Part shown: one piece after another, positions 36,279 to 47,279 of the stretch
Layout of the letters: each line of letters opens with the position of its first letter
Position numbering within the stretch: the stretch's first letter is position 1
Source: a virus
Length of the DNA stretch: 64,000 nt
Reading direction: 5' to 3' (one strand)
Virus record (IMG/VR): IMGVR_UViG_3300033143_004581
Location: 3,131 to 67,130 of that record
Position numbers and translations under genes: made by a program
Notes under the pieces: model-generated
Told to the model about the DNA's origin: nothing
Seen by the model: only the letters and a program-made list of their open reading frames with translations
Database searches by the model: none

Positions 36279-36610
36279 TATTTACCTTCATTAATTTCTT
36301 TAATTCTTTTTATTATTTTTTCATTAGATTTCATTACTATTGTTAAAGCTTCTTCTAACGAATCTATTCTTTTCTTTAATTTTTCTATTTCATTTGATTC
36401 ATTAAAAAATTGTTGACGTTTTTGTCTTTCTATCATTCTTCTATCTAATTCATCCATAGCTAATTTTTCTTTGGATGTTAAATCATTACCATATTCATCT
36501 TTTATTCTACCATTTGGATTTTCTGGTGTCGGTTGTTCTATAATCAATTTTTTCTTAAACTCGGGGTTCTTTAACATTTTTTCATAAATTGACTGTATTT
36601 TTGTTGACAT
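36278..36610 (-). CDS. Hypothetical coiled-coil protein
   Basis: 110-aa ORF with GAGGG RBS. Confidence 0.6.
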   Translation of the reverse strand: MSTKIQSIYEKMLKNPEFKKKLIIEQPTPENPNGRIKDEYGNDLTSKEKLAMDELDRRMIERQKRQQFFNESNEIEKLKKRIDSLEEALTIVMKSNEKIIKRIKEINEGK

Positions 36611-36655
36611 GATTCCCTCACTTTATAGATTTTTGTTCAGTAAATTTGTTTTATT

Positions 36656-37426
36656 TTAACCACAAATTATCGTATATCCTTCATAATTTTCTTCAAGTCT
36701 TAGTGTTTCTTCTAGTTGTTGCATTTCTTCTTTACCCTCTGAAACCAAAGAATCACCATCAAGAGATATTCCAGTATTTCCAATAGAATTAAAATTAGCA
36801 AATTTTCTTCTTATCATACCTAATGTAACTTTACACATTGATGTTGCATAATCAAGAATCCAATCCGATGAATAGAAAAAATCATTACTATCACCATTTG
36901 ACCAAGAATCATTAACAGTACTTCCTTCTATCATAAAAGTTCTTAATAAAATATAACTATTATTAGTTGTTGGTGCTGGATTTATTTCCAATTGATTCGT
37001 ATATTTATGATATTTCCAATTATAATTTGATACAACATATTTATCTAATGTTTCAACAAAATCTCTTGCTATATGATATGATATTAACGTATAACCAGTA
37101 CCACTACCATCTAATAATAAATCATAAAATCCCCTATTATAAAGAAAATTTTCTATTGTAAAAAGACTGTTTATCCCGCTAATACCTCTATCATCATATG
37201 AAATAACTTCCACAACACCAACCGGAAGATCATATATTTGTTGACCAGCTGATAATGCAAGAGTAAAATATGTTTCTTGTGTAGCATTACCAACAGCCCA
37301 CTTAATATATTTATCTCTAGCATAATCTATAGAATCATATATTTGTGAAATATCAAGTTCTACTTTGACAACTGGATAACCTAATCTTCTTTTTATTTTA
37401 TTCGCTAATTCTATCTTTGTTGTCAT
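36656..37426 (-). CDS. gp13: Neck protein
   Basis: IKRRLGYPVVKVEL, WILDYATSMCKVTLGMIRRKF, GISLDGDSL. Confidence 0.9.
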   Translation of the reverse strand: MTTKIELANKIKRRLGYPVVKVELDISQIYDSIDYARDKYIKWAVGNATQETYFTLALSAGQQIYDLPVGVVEVISYDDRGISGINSLFTIENFLYNRGFYDLLLDGSGTGYTLISYHIARDFVETLDKYVVSNYNWKYHKYTNQLEINPAPTTNNSYILLRTFMIEGSTVNDSWSNGDSNDFFYSSDWILDYATSMCKVTLGMIRRKFANFNSIGNTGISLDGDSLVSEGKEEMQQLEETLRLEENYEGYTIICG

Positions 37427-37466
37427 TCTATTCTCCAATTTGACTTATTCATTTTTATATTATTTA

Positions 37467-39014
37467 TTAATCTGTAAAATTTTTATCATATAACCACGAC
37501 CAATCTTCTTCAAAATCAATTTCTACATCTGATAATATACCCCATATATCACCATCTTCTTCTTGTTTTTTAAAAGAATAGGATTCATCTAATATATCCA
37601 TTTCTATTATATAAGTTCCCCAAAATAAAGCATCGACCAAATCATCTGGTTTACTTTTACCAAAAAATTTATCATTTTCTTCTACAAAAGATCCAAGTTC
37701 TTCTATTGTTTCAACATCAACAACTTCTAAACTACCATCTTCTATAAGTTTTTTCATTAATAATACAGCTTTTGGTTTTGTTGTTCTTGTCGATCTAATA
37801 CCCAAATTTTTTTCTTTTGTTCCTGTATTAACAACACCTTCGTTTTCATAATCCCACCATAATCTTTGAACTACAGCAGAACCTTCACCATTATTTTCTA
37901 TCATAATATATGCTCTATTATAATAGTATGATAATCTATTTATAATTTCTGAAAAATTATAAACATCTGTTTTATTATCCTGAAAAACACATACTTGTTT
38001 CATTTTAACAGGATTTAAGCTTTCTATTTTCAATATTTGAATAACAGAGCTGTTTTCACCAGTACCTTTCGCTGAATCAATACCAGCAACATATAAAGCG
38101 CCTTTTTCTGGTTCCTCATATATTCTTAATCTATTATTCATATCTATTTTTATAGGATCTATATTCAAAGACAACAAATATTTCAACACAGTAGGATCAA
38201 TAACAGTATTAGTACTTCCAAGAAATTCTACAGCAAATTCTTGATTGAATTGTGTTTTTCCTAGATTTTTTATTTGTTCCTCGGCCCATTTCTTATTTCT
38301 ACCAGGAACTTTATCCCAAGTTACTTTACTAGTTATAAAAGTATTAAGACCAGATTCACCTTTTGAATATATTCTATGAAATAAATTATATAAACCATTA
38401 GGGGTGCTTATAATGACTATTTTAGATTCCGTAGATGCTGAAATGGTTGGATAATTAGCAGCCCAGAACGCTTCGGCTTGATTACTTGGAACAAAAGCAA
38501 ACTCATCACATAATAAAAAATTAAGAGTTTCACCACGAAAAGCATCTGCTGTCGTTGCGGATACAACCAACCTAGTGCCATTATCAAATGTAATAAATGT
38601 CTTTGAATATTCTACAACACCTGGTTTTATCCATTTTGGAAGCTGTTCCCACATTCTTTTTATTCTAGAAAGAATCATTTTAGCTGAAGATTCTTTATTA
38701 GAAACAATACCAATAACTTTATCTTTATTAAACATCGCATACCAAAGAATATAAACAGCAACTACAGTACTTTTACCACTTTGACGACTCCATAATCCAC
38801 AAAAATGTCTATTATTTTTTAAATCTTTAAGAAGTTTTTTCTGATATCTATATGGTTTGAATGGTATTTCGCCTTCATCTGGATTAACAATTTTAACATA
38901 TTTAATAAATTCAAATATATCAAGAGAACAAGCCAAAAGCTCTTCTATTTGCTCTTCAGTATATTCTACTTCTTCTCTTGGTTTCTTAACAAATCTATCA
39001 TATTTAATTGGCAT
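37467..39014 (-). CDS. gp17: Terminase large subunit
   Basis: YQKKL, SRQSGKST, LCDEFAFV, ISTPNG, FNQEF, GIDSAKG, IENN, DDLVDA. Confidence 0.96.
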   Translation of the reverse strand: MPIKYDRFVKKPREEVEYTEEQIEELLACSLDIFEFIKYVKIVNPDEGEIPFKPYRYQKKLLKDLKNNRHFCGLWSRQSGKSTVVAVYILWYAMFNKDKVIGIVSNKESSAKMILSRIKRMWEQLPKWIKPGVVEYSKTFITFDNGTRLVVSATTADAFRGETLNFLLCDEFAFVPSNQAEAFWAANYPTISASTESKIVIISTPNGLYNLFHRIYSKGESGLNTFITSKVTWDKVPGRNKKWAEEQIKNLGKTQFNQEFAVEFLGSTNTVIDPTVLKYLLSLNIDPIKIDMNNRLRIYEEPEKGALYVAGIDSAKGTGENSSVIQILKIESLNPVKMKQVCVFQDNKTDVYNFSEIINRLSYYYNRAYIMIENNGEGSAVVQRLWWDYENEGVVNTGTKEKNLGIRSTRTTKPKAVLLMKKLIEDGSLEVVDVETIEELGSFVEENDKFFGKSKPDDLVDALFWGTYIIEMDILDESYSFKKQEEDGDIWGILSDVEIDFEEDWSWLYDKNFTD

Positions 39015-39071
39015 AAAAAATTCCTCTATTACAAATCACTTATTTCGGGCATAAAAAAACCCTTCCATACT

Positions 39072-39079
39072 TATTTATA
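39072..39079 (-). promoter_or_regulatory. T4-type late promoter for gp17, embedded in a terminator-like hairpin (39058-39089)
   Basis: TATAAATA on -; flanking AACCCTT...AAGGGTT arms. Confidence 0.55.
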
Positions 39080-39123
39080 TGAAAGGGTTCTTTTTATAGA
39101 AGAATTTTTAATAAACTATATTG

Positions 39124-40107
39124 TTACAACCATTTATCTTGATTTTCTAAAGTCCATAAAACAGTACTTTTCAATGATTCATCTATTGTCATCGGAACAG
39201 TCCATCCAATTGATTCCATTTTAGAACCATCTAAAGCATATCTCAAATCATGCCCTGGTCTTGAAGAATGAAAATCTACCATTTCATACTTTAATTTCTT
39301 ATTCATTATTTCAGCAATCTTTTTTGCTAAATCAAGATTTGATATCTCTTTTTCACCAACAATATTATATTTTTCTCTTTGTTCTGATTTATCTAGCAAA
39401 AAATGTAAAGCATTAGCTAAATTTCTTGCGTGAATATAAAATCTAGACCCAGAAATCTTTCTATTTTTATCTGAATGAATATAAATTACTTCATCATCTC
39501 TTAGTTTTTTAATAACCATTGGTATGAATTTTTCTGGATGTTGTCTTTCACCAAAAATGTTCATCGTATGTGTTATAAATCCCGGTAAACCATAAGTATT
39601 CATATAAGCTAGTGATAATTCTTCACCACCAGCTTTTGTTGCTGAATAAGGATTTGTACTGTTATATCTATCCCATTCCTTGTAATTAACACCAATTGGT
39701 GCTGGACCAAAAACTTCATCCGTTGAAAAATAATTAAATTTCAATAAATTATCACATTTCAATGCGAAATCCAAAATATTCATTGTCCCAATTACATTGG
39801 AATAAACAAAAGGTTTTGGATCTTTTATAGAATTATCAACATGGCTTTCCGCGGCTAAATGTAAAATATAATTAGCATCTTTGTTTTCTCTATACACACC
39901 TTCTGATATCTCTCTAGTTATATCAACAGAAAAGAAAGAAACTCTTTTTTCATCAAAAGCTTTTATATCTCTTATTCTATTTAATCCTCTTGAAGAATAT
40001 GTTAGCTTGTCAAATATTACAATTTTCCAATTAGTATTTTTTAAAAAATGTTCTACAACATGATGCCCAACAAAACCAGCACCACCAGTTATTATAATTT
40101 TCTTCAA
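39124..40107 (-). CDS. rfbB: dTDP-glucose 4,6-dehydratase (RmlB/RfbB-like SDR)
   Basis: TGGAGFVG, DKLTYS, HLAAESHVD, STDEVFG, YSATK, RPGHDLRYA. Confidence 0.92.
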   Translation of the reverse strand: MKKIIITGGAGFVGHHVVEHFLKNTNWKIVIFDKLTYSSRGLNRIRDIKAFDEKRVSFFSVDITREISEGVYRENKDANYILHLAAESHVDNSIKDPKPFVYSNVIGTMNILDFALKCDNLLKFNYFSTDEVFGPAPIGVNYKEWDRYNSTNPYSATKAGGEELSLAYMNTYGLPGFITHTMNIFGERQHPEKFIPMVIKKLRDDEVIYIHSDKNRKISGSRFYIHARNLANALHFLLDKSEQREKYNIVGEKEISNLDLAKKIAEIMNKKLKYEMVDFHSSRPGHDLRYALDGSKMESIGWTVPMTIDESLKSTVLWTLENQDKWL

Positions 40108-41640
40108 TTATTTTTTCTCCTTATCAAGAATTATATCACTAGTAAAATCACCATCTTTTTTATCAATAACAAATATAACACTTTTATTATCAACTATTGT
40201 TTTCAATAAAACCTTTTTACCCCATATATTATAAATATGTTTCATTGTTTCTTCAGCATATTTCAAATTTAAATTAACACCACTCCATTCATGATTAAGA
40301 AACAATTCACCTCTTTCTGAATAATTTCCATCAACCACAGTTATTTTAGGAATTCCATTATTAGAAAATAATGATACTATTAACCTTTTAATATCTTTTG
40401 CATCACTATCTGTAATAATATAATCTTCATGGGTTCCTGTATCATGTATTACATAAACATACATTTTAAGATCTTTGATCAATTCTGGTGTTAAGAAATC
40501 CTGCATGAAGAACCAATCAGTATATTTTTCTAAAACTGAAAGAACCTTTTCCCATCCTTTATTTTCACCAGTATCCCATTCTTCTTTCTTCTTTTTATTT
40601 GTTTCTTCTTCATATTCTCTACCATGTCTTCCTTTATCCCATCTTTTTATAATATCTTCCCATATTTTAGATCCGATAAGATAAGGATTCATACTAAATG
40701 GATTTTCAGCTTTTACAAGTGAATTGGAATAATTAAATTGTGCATGTTCGCTTGTTGTAAGAATATTTTCATCAAACAATTTATTCATAATATATTCATG
40801 AACTATTACAGCAAATCCCTCATTCATGAATTTTGTATTAATAATTGGCCAATAATATTGACCAAGTGTTTTAATAACCTTTAAAATATCAATGGACCAA
40901 TTATCAAGTATTCGTGATCTGTCTATAATATATTGTAAAATATCATCTGTTGGTTCTACTGGTGTTCTTGTGTTCAAATCTTTCCATAGATTTTGATTAA
41001 AAAGTTCTATATCAGATTCTATTACAGGCTTATTTCTTATACCTGAAAGTATTCCAAATTGTGATGTATCTGACTTATGAGCTTCCTTTCTTTCTTGTTC
41101 ATATATTCTTTTAATTTTTTGTTCTTCTGTTTCGTTATCAAAAGGATTAGTGTGTAAATACAGTGAATGAGCAGCATCTACAATCTTTTCAACTTCATCT
41201 ATACCATATTTTTTCTCATACTTGTTAAATCTTTCCTTGGCATCAAACATATAATCAATAATATCTTTTTTAGAATTTTTAAAATATTCATTCATTGTAA
41301 AAAATGAAGTATGACCAATAACATGGGCCATAACAAGAACTTGTACAGCAAAAGTATTTGATTTCATTAAATAAGCTCTTGCTGGATCTGAATTTATCAC
41401 AACTTCATATGGTAAAGAAGGATTAACATTCTCATTTATTGTTCTCAATCGTTCATAATCTCTACCATATTTCCAGTTAGAAATGTTAGTTGGGATATTA
41501 TACGACATAATTTCTAACATTTTTTGATCAGGAACAATATCAAATTCAACAGGACAAGTCTTTAATTTTAAATCCTCTGTCGCTATTTGCATTATTCGTT
41601 CTTCGATTTTTAATAGTCTCTGAAGTTCTTGTTTATTCAT
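40108..41640 (-). CDS. spoVR: SpoVR/YcgB family protein
   Basis: PYEVVINSDP, LVMAHVIGHTSFF, TKFMNEGFA, NPYLIG. Confidence 0.92.
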   Translation of the reverse strand: MNKQELQRLLKIEERIMQIATEDLKLKTCPVEFDIVPDQKMLEIMSYNIPTNISNWKYGRDYERLRTINENVNPSLPYEVVINSDPARAYLMKSNTFAVQVLVMAHVIGHTSFFTMNEYFKNSKKDIIDYMFDAKERFNKYEKKYGIDEVEKIVDAAHSLYLHTNPFDNETEEQKIKRIYEQERKEAHKSDTSQFGILSGIRNKPVIESDIELFNQNLWKDLNTRTPVEPTDDILQYIIDRSRILDNWSIDILKVIKTLGQYYWPIINTKFMNEGFAVIVHEYIMNKLFDENILTTSEHAQFNYSNSLVKAENPFSMNPYLIGSKIWEDIIKRWDKGRHGREYEEETNKKKKEEWDTGENKGWEKVLSVLEKYTDWFFMQDFLTPELIKDLKMYVYVIHDTGTHEDYIITDSDAKDIKRLIVSLFSNNGIPKITVVDGNYSERGELFLNHEWSGVNLNLKYAEETMKHIYNIWGKKVLLKTIVDNKSVIFVIDKKDGDFTSDIILDKEKK

Positions 41641-43306
41641 TTATATCCCTTTCATATTCAAATAATATATTACCACAATCCCATATTCTATGATAATTAT
41701 TTTCTATCATATTTTCATATTCTGTTAGATTGGGATCAAATTTTTCTAATATTTTTGATAATCTATCCTTTCTAAAATTAAACCTATGATATCTTTTACA
41801 TTCACTTTTATTAAAATACCAATAATTTGGCTTAGTATTATGAACAAATTTAAAATTTAAAATATTATATAGATTTCCATTACTCCATCTTCTATCAGCA
41901 AATGAAATAATTTTATCAAAATTATAATTTTTTAAAAAATAATTAAATAATTTAGAGGCAGATCCAACAATTATATATTCATAATCTGAACAAAATCTAC
42001 TTAATTCAAAACAATATTTCAAATTAGGATTATGGCCTTTAGATATATTTAATTTTCTAAAAGTCATCACAGAAACAAGATTTTCATTATAAAAAAGACC
42101 TAATCGTATAGAAGAAAAATCATCACCTTGTATATGAAATTTATTCAAAAAATCTGATTTTACTTTGTTACTAATTTCTTTAACTTCACATTTTCTAGCG
42201 AATAATTTTTTTGAATTATTTAAATTAATATTATACAGTATTCTTTTTTCAACAATATCTCTTTTAAACAACCACTCATCTTCAAATATTGTTATAAGTC
42301 TATATCCGGCTTTGTTACATAAATCCAATTTGTTTAGATGATAATTCTTATCATTTATGTTTGTTTCCGAATGCCAGTATAAACCACAATATTCTATTGC
42401 TGTCTTTTTATCTGGTATTACAATATCTAATTCAAATGGACTAATTATATTCCTATCTCTTTTTAATATATCACCATTATACACGCTTTTTAAAAAAAAG
42501 TATATTTCGTTTTCTGCTTTTGATTCTATATGTGAACAAGATGGACATCTTGTTCCTTGTTGCCAACTATTCCATATAATTTTATTAATATGACCTATAG
42601 GACATTTATATTTTAAATAAGAAAAAGCATTATCATATGTTTTTGATAATAATTCATATCCTTCTTTTTCAAATTCGCTTTTTATGTATTCGTAATCATG
42701 TTTGTTTATCAAATTTCTTTTTTCATCATAGCAAAATTTACATCTTGATCCACTAATCCAACTATTCCAAGATATATATCCTATATGATTATTATTACAC
42801 CTATATTTTAATTTTTCCTTGTTATTTTCATATGTTTTTGATAATAATTCATATCCTTCTTTTTCAAACCCACTTTTTATATATTCGTAATCATGTTTTA
42901 TATTACCATTACATATATAACACCTACATCCTCTTTTCCAACTGATCCAAGTTATAAAATACTCATGACCATTAGGACAAATATATCTTAATTTGGTATT
43001 ATTACCTTCAAACTCATCTATACTTGTTAATAATTTATATCCTTCCTTTTCAAAATTACTTTTTATTTTATCATAAAATGCTTTTTTTCTTTTATATTTT
43101 TTTTCAATATTTCTACAAAATGGACACTTTTCCTCATTTCTATTCCACTTTATCCATTTTATAAAAAACACATGATTATTCTTACATAAACACTTTAAAT
43201 CAATTTTATTATTTTCATATTCCTTGGATAAAAGAAAATAACCAGCTTTTTCTATTTCATTCTTTACATAATCATATGACAACTTATTCACTACATTTTC
43301 CTTCAT
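41633..43306 (-). CDS. Putative free-standing homing endonuclease (Zn-ribbon repeats, Vsr/PD-(D/E)xK-like domain, C-terminal GNAT-like region)
   Basis: Repeated CPxGH...W..W..G.RC..C; ELDIVIPDKKTAIEYCGLYWHSE; ELSRFC, FADRRWS, RIWDCG. Confidence 0.75.
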   Translation of the reverse strand: MKENVVNKLSYDYVKNEIEKAGYFLLSKEYENNKIDLKCLCKNNHVFFIKWIKWNRNEEKCPFCRNIEKKYKRKKAFYDKIKSNFEKEGYKLLTSIDEFEGNNTKLRYICPNGHEYFITWISWKRGCRCYICNGNIKHDYEYIKSGFEKEGYELLSKTYENNKEKLKYRCNNNHIGYISWNSWISGSRCKFCYDEKRNLINKHDYEYIKSEFEKEGYELLSKTYDNAFSYLKYKCPIGHINKIIWNSWQQGTRCPSCSHIESKAENEIYFFLKSVYNGDILKRDRNIISPFELDIVIPDKKTAIEYCGLYWHSETNINDKNYHLNKLDLCNKAGYRLITIFEDEWLFKRDIVEKRILYNINLNNSKKLFARKCEVKEISNKVKSDFLNKFHIQGDDFSSIRLGLFYNENLVSVMTFRKLNISKGHNPNLKYCFELSRFCSDYEYIIVGSASKLFNYFLKNYNFDKIISFADRRWSNGNLYNILNFKFVHNTKPNYWYFNKSECKRYHRFNFRKDRLSKILEKFDPNLTEYENMIENNYHRIWDCGNILFEYERDINE

Positions 43307-44604
43307 TTACTATTTTTTTCAAATAGAAAGTGTTTCAAAGCATTCCATATATCTTCCTTTTTTCTTATTCTTGCTAACAAGAAATGTTTATCTTCGTTTT
43401 TATAAAAATTACTACCATCGATACTTTTTATTTTAAAATTCCATTTATTTTTTATAGTTGACATTAAAGACCATTGATTGTTATTAAATCTATTTTCTGG
43501 GCATATTTCAGTATATCCTAACATATTAATCTTTTTATCTAACATTTTACTTATTTCTGAAATTGTTTTATCAACATCCCAATCATCACCATCACTATTA
43601 TACATACAATAAACATTCCATTCTTCAACTGGATATTCCGTGTCAATAAGATGGTTAGCTAATTCAAAAGCCGATGCACATTTTGTACCACCAGATTCCG
43701 CCTTTCTAAAAAATGTATCTTCATCAACAAGAGCGGCTTCTGTTGTATGTTGAATAAAACGAATTTCTACATTATCATAAACTTTTTTCAAAAACTCAAC
43801 CATCCAGAATAACATAGAACGAGCAAGATATTTCTTATCAATTGTCATTGAACCAGAAACATCCATCATAGCAATAACAACAGCTCTACTATGTAATTCA
43901 TAGGCTTCTTCTATTTGTTTAAATCTTAAATCATCATCATTAATATAAATACCTTCCATAAATCCATTTAATTCACCATTTTTAATTATCTTTATTGCTT
44001 CATCAATATCACCTTTAGTTTGAAGAATAGCTCTTCTACCTTCTTCATATTCACATCCAGTTTCGTCCATTATTTCACCAATCATGGAAATTGTTCTTTT
44101 CATTGCTTCCATGATAGTTTTTTTCTTATGAACTCTTGGAATAATTCCTTTACGGGATATTGTTTCAAATTTCCAACCTTTAGGAACAAGTTGCTGTTTT
44201 TTTGTTTTTTCTTCTATCCAGGGTAATCCTAAATCCTCGAACATTATTTTTATCAAATAATCAATATCAACTTCTGTTTCTAAATAATCATCACCTAGCT
44301 GATCACCAGCGTTACCATCTTTACCTTTTCCAGTAACCCTACGTCCTATAATATCACCGGGATCACCTTCGCCTTGTCCAATACCACCTTTATGTCCATT
44401 ATAATCATATATAAACTTAAAATCTTTTAAACCTTTTACAGGAATTCTTACTTTTTTTCCTTCTCTTTTGGTTATAATAGATTCTTCAGAAATAACATCC
44501 CTAACATTTTTACGAATAGTTTCGTCTATTTTTTCTCTATGACGAGCAGCATCTTTTTTTCCACGTTCTGAAAGATCCCATGAATCATGATATATAATTG
44601 CCAT
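43303..44604 (-). CDS. yeaH: YeaH/YhbH (DUF444) vWA-domain protein
   Basis: DAARHREKI, GQGEGDPGD, DDLRFK, MMDVSGSM MIDAS, ESGGT, SDGDDW. Confidence 0.92.
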   Translation of the reverse strand: MAIIYHDSWDLSERGKKDAARHREKIDETIRKNVRDVISEESIITKREGKKVRIPVKGLKDFKFIYDYNGHKGGIGQGEGDPGDIIGRRVTGKGKDGNAGDQLGDDYLETEVDIDYLIKIMFEDLGLPWIEEKTKKQQLVPKGWKFETISRKGIIPRVHKKKTIMEAMKRTISMIGEIMDETGCEYEEGRRAILQTKGDIDEAIKIIKNGELNGFMEGIYINDDDLRFKQIEEAYELHSRAVVIAMMDVSGSMTIDKKYLARSMLFWMVEFLKKVYDNVEIRFIQHTTEAALVDEDTFFRKAESGGTKCASAFELANHLIDTEYPVEEWNVYCMYNSDGDDWDVDKTISEISKMLDKKINMLGYTEICPENRFNNNQWSLMSTIKNKWNFKIKSIDGSNFYKNEDKHFLLARIRKKEDIWNALKHFLFEKNSK

Positions 44605-44662
44605 ATAAATCCCCTTTAAATAATAACAAAAGTTTCACCCAAAACAATCTTATGTATAATTA

Positions 44663-44699
44663 AAAAGGAGTATTATACATTAAAACAATAATACTCCTT
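44663..44699 (-). terminator. Hairpin between yeaG and yeaH
   Basis: AAGGAGTATTAT-11 nt-ATAATACTCCTT. Confidence 0.5.
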
Positions 44700-44714
44700 C
44701 ACTATTTCCAACTA

Positions 44715-46676
44715 TCAGGATTCCTTTCGAATAACTTCAGCAACAAAAGAAAGTAGAATATTAGCACATTCTTTACAATATCCTCTTTCAATAAGTTTCT
44801 CCAAAGCATCCTCTCTCTTTTTAGTAGCTTTTGGATTAACATTTGTTGTATCAGCAATAGAAAGAGAAACAACATTTTTAAGGTCCTTCATAAGTTTCTT
44901 TTCAATAGCTTCTTTTAAAGGATCATAATCATTATAAGTAAATTCTCTTCCCTGTCTCAAAACACTTGATTCATGAACAAAAATTTGATTACGAAACTCT
45001 TTCTTCGAATTTTCAGGAACCTCAATTAATTCCTCAAGAGAACGCATCAACTTTTCATCTGGATTTGAATATTCACCAGTAATACTATCATAGACCTTTT
45101 CTTTCTTACAAAACGCAGTAACATTTTTCATATAATTATTAAATAATGCTTGTGCTTGTTCTTCATATGCATAAATAAAAGCCATATTTACTTCTTTTTT
45201 AGCTATTTCCTTATATTCAGCGGCAATAGATTCCTTACCACCAATTAACAAATTAAGAAATTCCTTCTTTTCTTCATCACTTATACCAATATGATGTTCA
45301 AAATTATTCCTAAGTGCTTTTATAACATCAATTGGATTAATACATTTCTTGTCTTCTTTCATACCAAGAGCAATATTAAGAGCATTGATAATAAATCTTG
45401 GTGAAATACCAGTCATACCCTCGCCGTTTTTTCTACCTTCTGCGAGAAGTTCTTTAAGATTTATTTCACTTCTCTTAAACTCTTGTGTTTCCTCACCATT
45501 ATAAATCTTCATCTTTTCAATTAAAGACGAAACTTTAGTAGATTTTTTCAAACGACTCAAAACGGCAAATTGAGCAGCAATTTTTAAAGTATTTGGTGCT
45601 ATATGAATTCCACGAAAATCTGATTCTTTAATCATCTTTTCATATATTTTAATTTCATCATCAACTTTTAAATTCCAAGGAACAACAACCGGATACATTC
45701 TATCATGAAGAGCCTCATTCTTCTTATCTGACTTAAAAGAATCAAATTCCGTTTTATTTGTGTGGCCGATGATTAATGTATCAATATACATTTGAGGAAA
45801 ACCAGGCGCCTTGATTAATTGTTCTTGTGCTGCTGTAATGAGAATATAATGAAATTTAATATCAGCCTTTAAAATTTCAATATATTCAATTAAACCACCA
45901 TTAGCAACTTGAAGCTCACCATTAAACTCATAGGCCCTTGGATCTGTTTCGGAATAACGAGACATTTTAGCAAAATTTACTCTACCTATAAGCTCAGAAT
46001 GATCCTGGCTTTTAGGATCACTTGGTTGAAACGTACCAATACCAATTCTTCGTTGTTCTGAAAATTTAATACTTTCTACTGGTATATCTTCCCATTTTAC
46101 ATTACCATTTTCATCTGTAAAGTTTTCATCAATCATATGTTGACAAACTGGGCAAAGTGTCCCTTCTATTTTAACACCAAGTTCATTCATCCAAAATTCT
46201 CTATCTTCAAGAGGAATTGCATGAAGTGGTTCTTCATGAATAGGACATCCCTTAATAGCATATTTAGGTGTATCATCCGATTCCAATCCCTTTTTGATAA
46301 GAGAAGCAATCGTACTCTTTCCAGAAGAAACAGGACCAACCATAATCAAAATACGCTTACCTGTTTCTGTTCTACGAGCAGATGCCTTCAAAAATCTCAT
46401 TATATCATGAATTGCTTCATATGTACCAAAAATCTTCCCATCAAAGAAATTATATTTTACCAAATCTTCATATCCAGTGATTTTAAGATCATCATCAATA
46501 GGCGACGTGCCGTATTTCATTATCATGTTATAAATACGACCTGGAGCAAAATTAGCAACATTTGGATTTTCCTTTACTTTATCCAAATACTGTAATAGAG
46601 TACCACTAAAGTTTTCAACAGTCTTACTCTTTCGTTGTTCATTAATTAAATCCTGAAAACTTTTTTTAGACATCAC
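44715..46676 (-). CDS. yeaG: PrkA/YeaG AAA+ serine kinase family protein
   Basis: MVGPVSSGKST, GCPIHEEPL, IGTFQPSDPKSQD, GELQVANGG, EGMTGISPRF, GYCKECA. Confidence 0.94.
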   Translation of the reverse strand: MMSKKSFQDLINEQRKSKTVENFSGTLLQYLDKVKENPNVANFAPGRIYNMIMKYGTSPIDDDLKITGYEDLVKYNFFDGKIFGTYEAIHDIMRFLKASARRTETGKRILIMVGPVSSGKSTIASLIKKGLESDDTPKYAIKGCPIHEEPLHAIPLEDREFWMNELGVKIEGTLCPVCQHMIDENFTDENGNVKWEDIPVESIKFSEQRRIGIGTFQPSDPKSQDHSELIGRVNFAKMSRYSETDPRAYEFNGELQVANGGLIEYIEILKADIKFHYILITAAQEQLIKAPGFPQMYIDTLIIGHTNKTEFDSFKSDKKNEALHDRMYPVVVPWNLKVDDEIKIYEKMIKESDFRGIHIAPNTLKIAAQFAVLSRLKKSTKVSSLIEKMKIYNGEETQEFKRSEINLKELLAEGRKNGEGMTGISPRFIINALNIALGMKEDKKCINPIDVIKALRNNFEHHIGISDEEKKEFLNLLIGGKESIAAEYKEIAKKEVNMAFIYAYEEQAQALFNNYMKNVTAFCKKEKVYDSITGEYSNPDEKLMRSLEELIEVPENSKKEFRNQIFVHESSVLRQGREFTYNDYDPLKEAIEKKLMKDLKNVVSLSIADTTNVNPKATKKREDALEKLIERGYCKECANILLSFVAEVIRKES

Positions 46677-46690
46677 ATTCTCCTTTTCTA

Positions 46691-47143
46691 TTAATCAGAT
46701 TCATTGTCTCTTTTAATATCTTCTAATTTTTTTAGAATATCTTCTCTTGAAGCAATAATAATATTTTGATTTGTTGGTCTTGATAGTTTTTTATTCTTTA
46801 ACCTTATTTTTATTTTTTCCAATAATACCATTTTATCACGAATTTGTAAATATTTATTATAATTTTTATCTGAAATTATTTCCTTACTTGCGTTTGTAAC
46901 ACTATTAATCAATTGACCGGCTACTTCAACTAATCTTGATGAAAAATTTCCATTCTCCATTTCTTCTTCGACTCTATTAAGTATTCTATTAGCTCTTTCT
47001 ATATTAGATTCTAATACTTTTAAAGCATTTATAGCTTTTTCTTTTTCAATAATATTACCTTCTTCATCGATATCAATAATTTCATCACCTGAAAAATCTA
47101 TTTCAAATTCTTCTTCTAATGATTTTCTATTTAAATCAGACAT
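46691..47143 (-). CDS. gp16: Terminase small subunit
   Basis: SSRLVEVAGQLINSV matches the T4-like gp16 core; NQNIIIASREDIL tail. Confidence 0.75.
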   Translation of the reverse strand: MSDLNRKSLEEEFEIDFSGDEIIDIDEEGNIIEKEKAINALKVLESNIERANRILNRVEEEMENGNFSSRLVEVAGQLINSVTNASKEIISDKNYNKYLQIRDKMVLLEKIKIRLKNKKLSRPTNQNIIIASREDILKKLEDIKRDNESD

Positions 47144-47186
47144 CTATATTTTCTCCTATGTATAATATATAGAAATATTTATTAAA

Positions 47187-47250
47187 ATAATATAACATTT
47201 TTAGATAAATGTAAACATATTTACAAGAAAAAGAAAAAATGATATAAATA
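47187..47250. promoter_or_regulatory. Divergent promoters
   Basis: - strand TTTACA(47215)-17-TATTAT; + strand TTTACA(47220)-17-TATAAA overlapping late box TATAAATA. Confidence 0.55.
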
Positions 47251-47279
47251 TGGTTAATGACTAAATAAAGGAAAATTCA

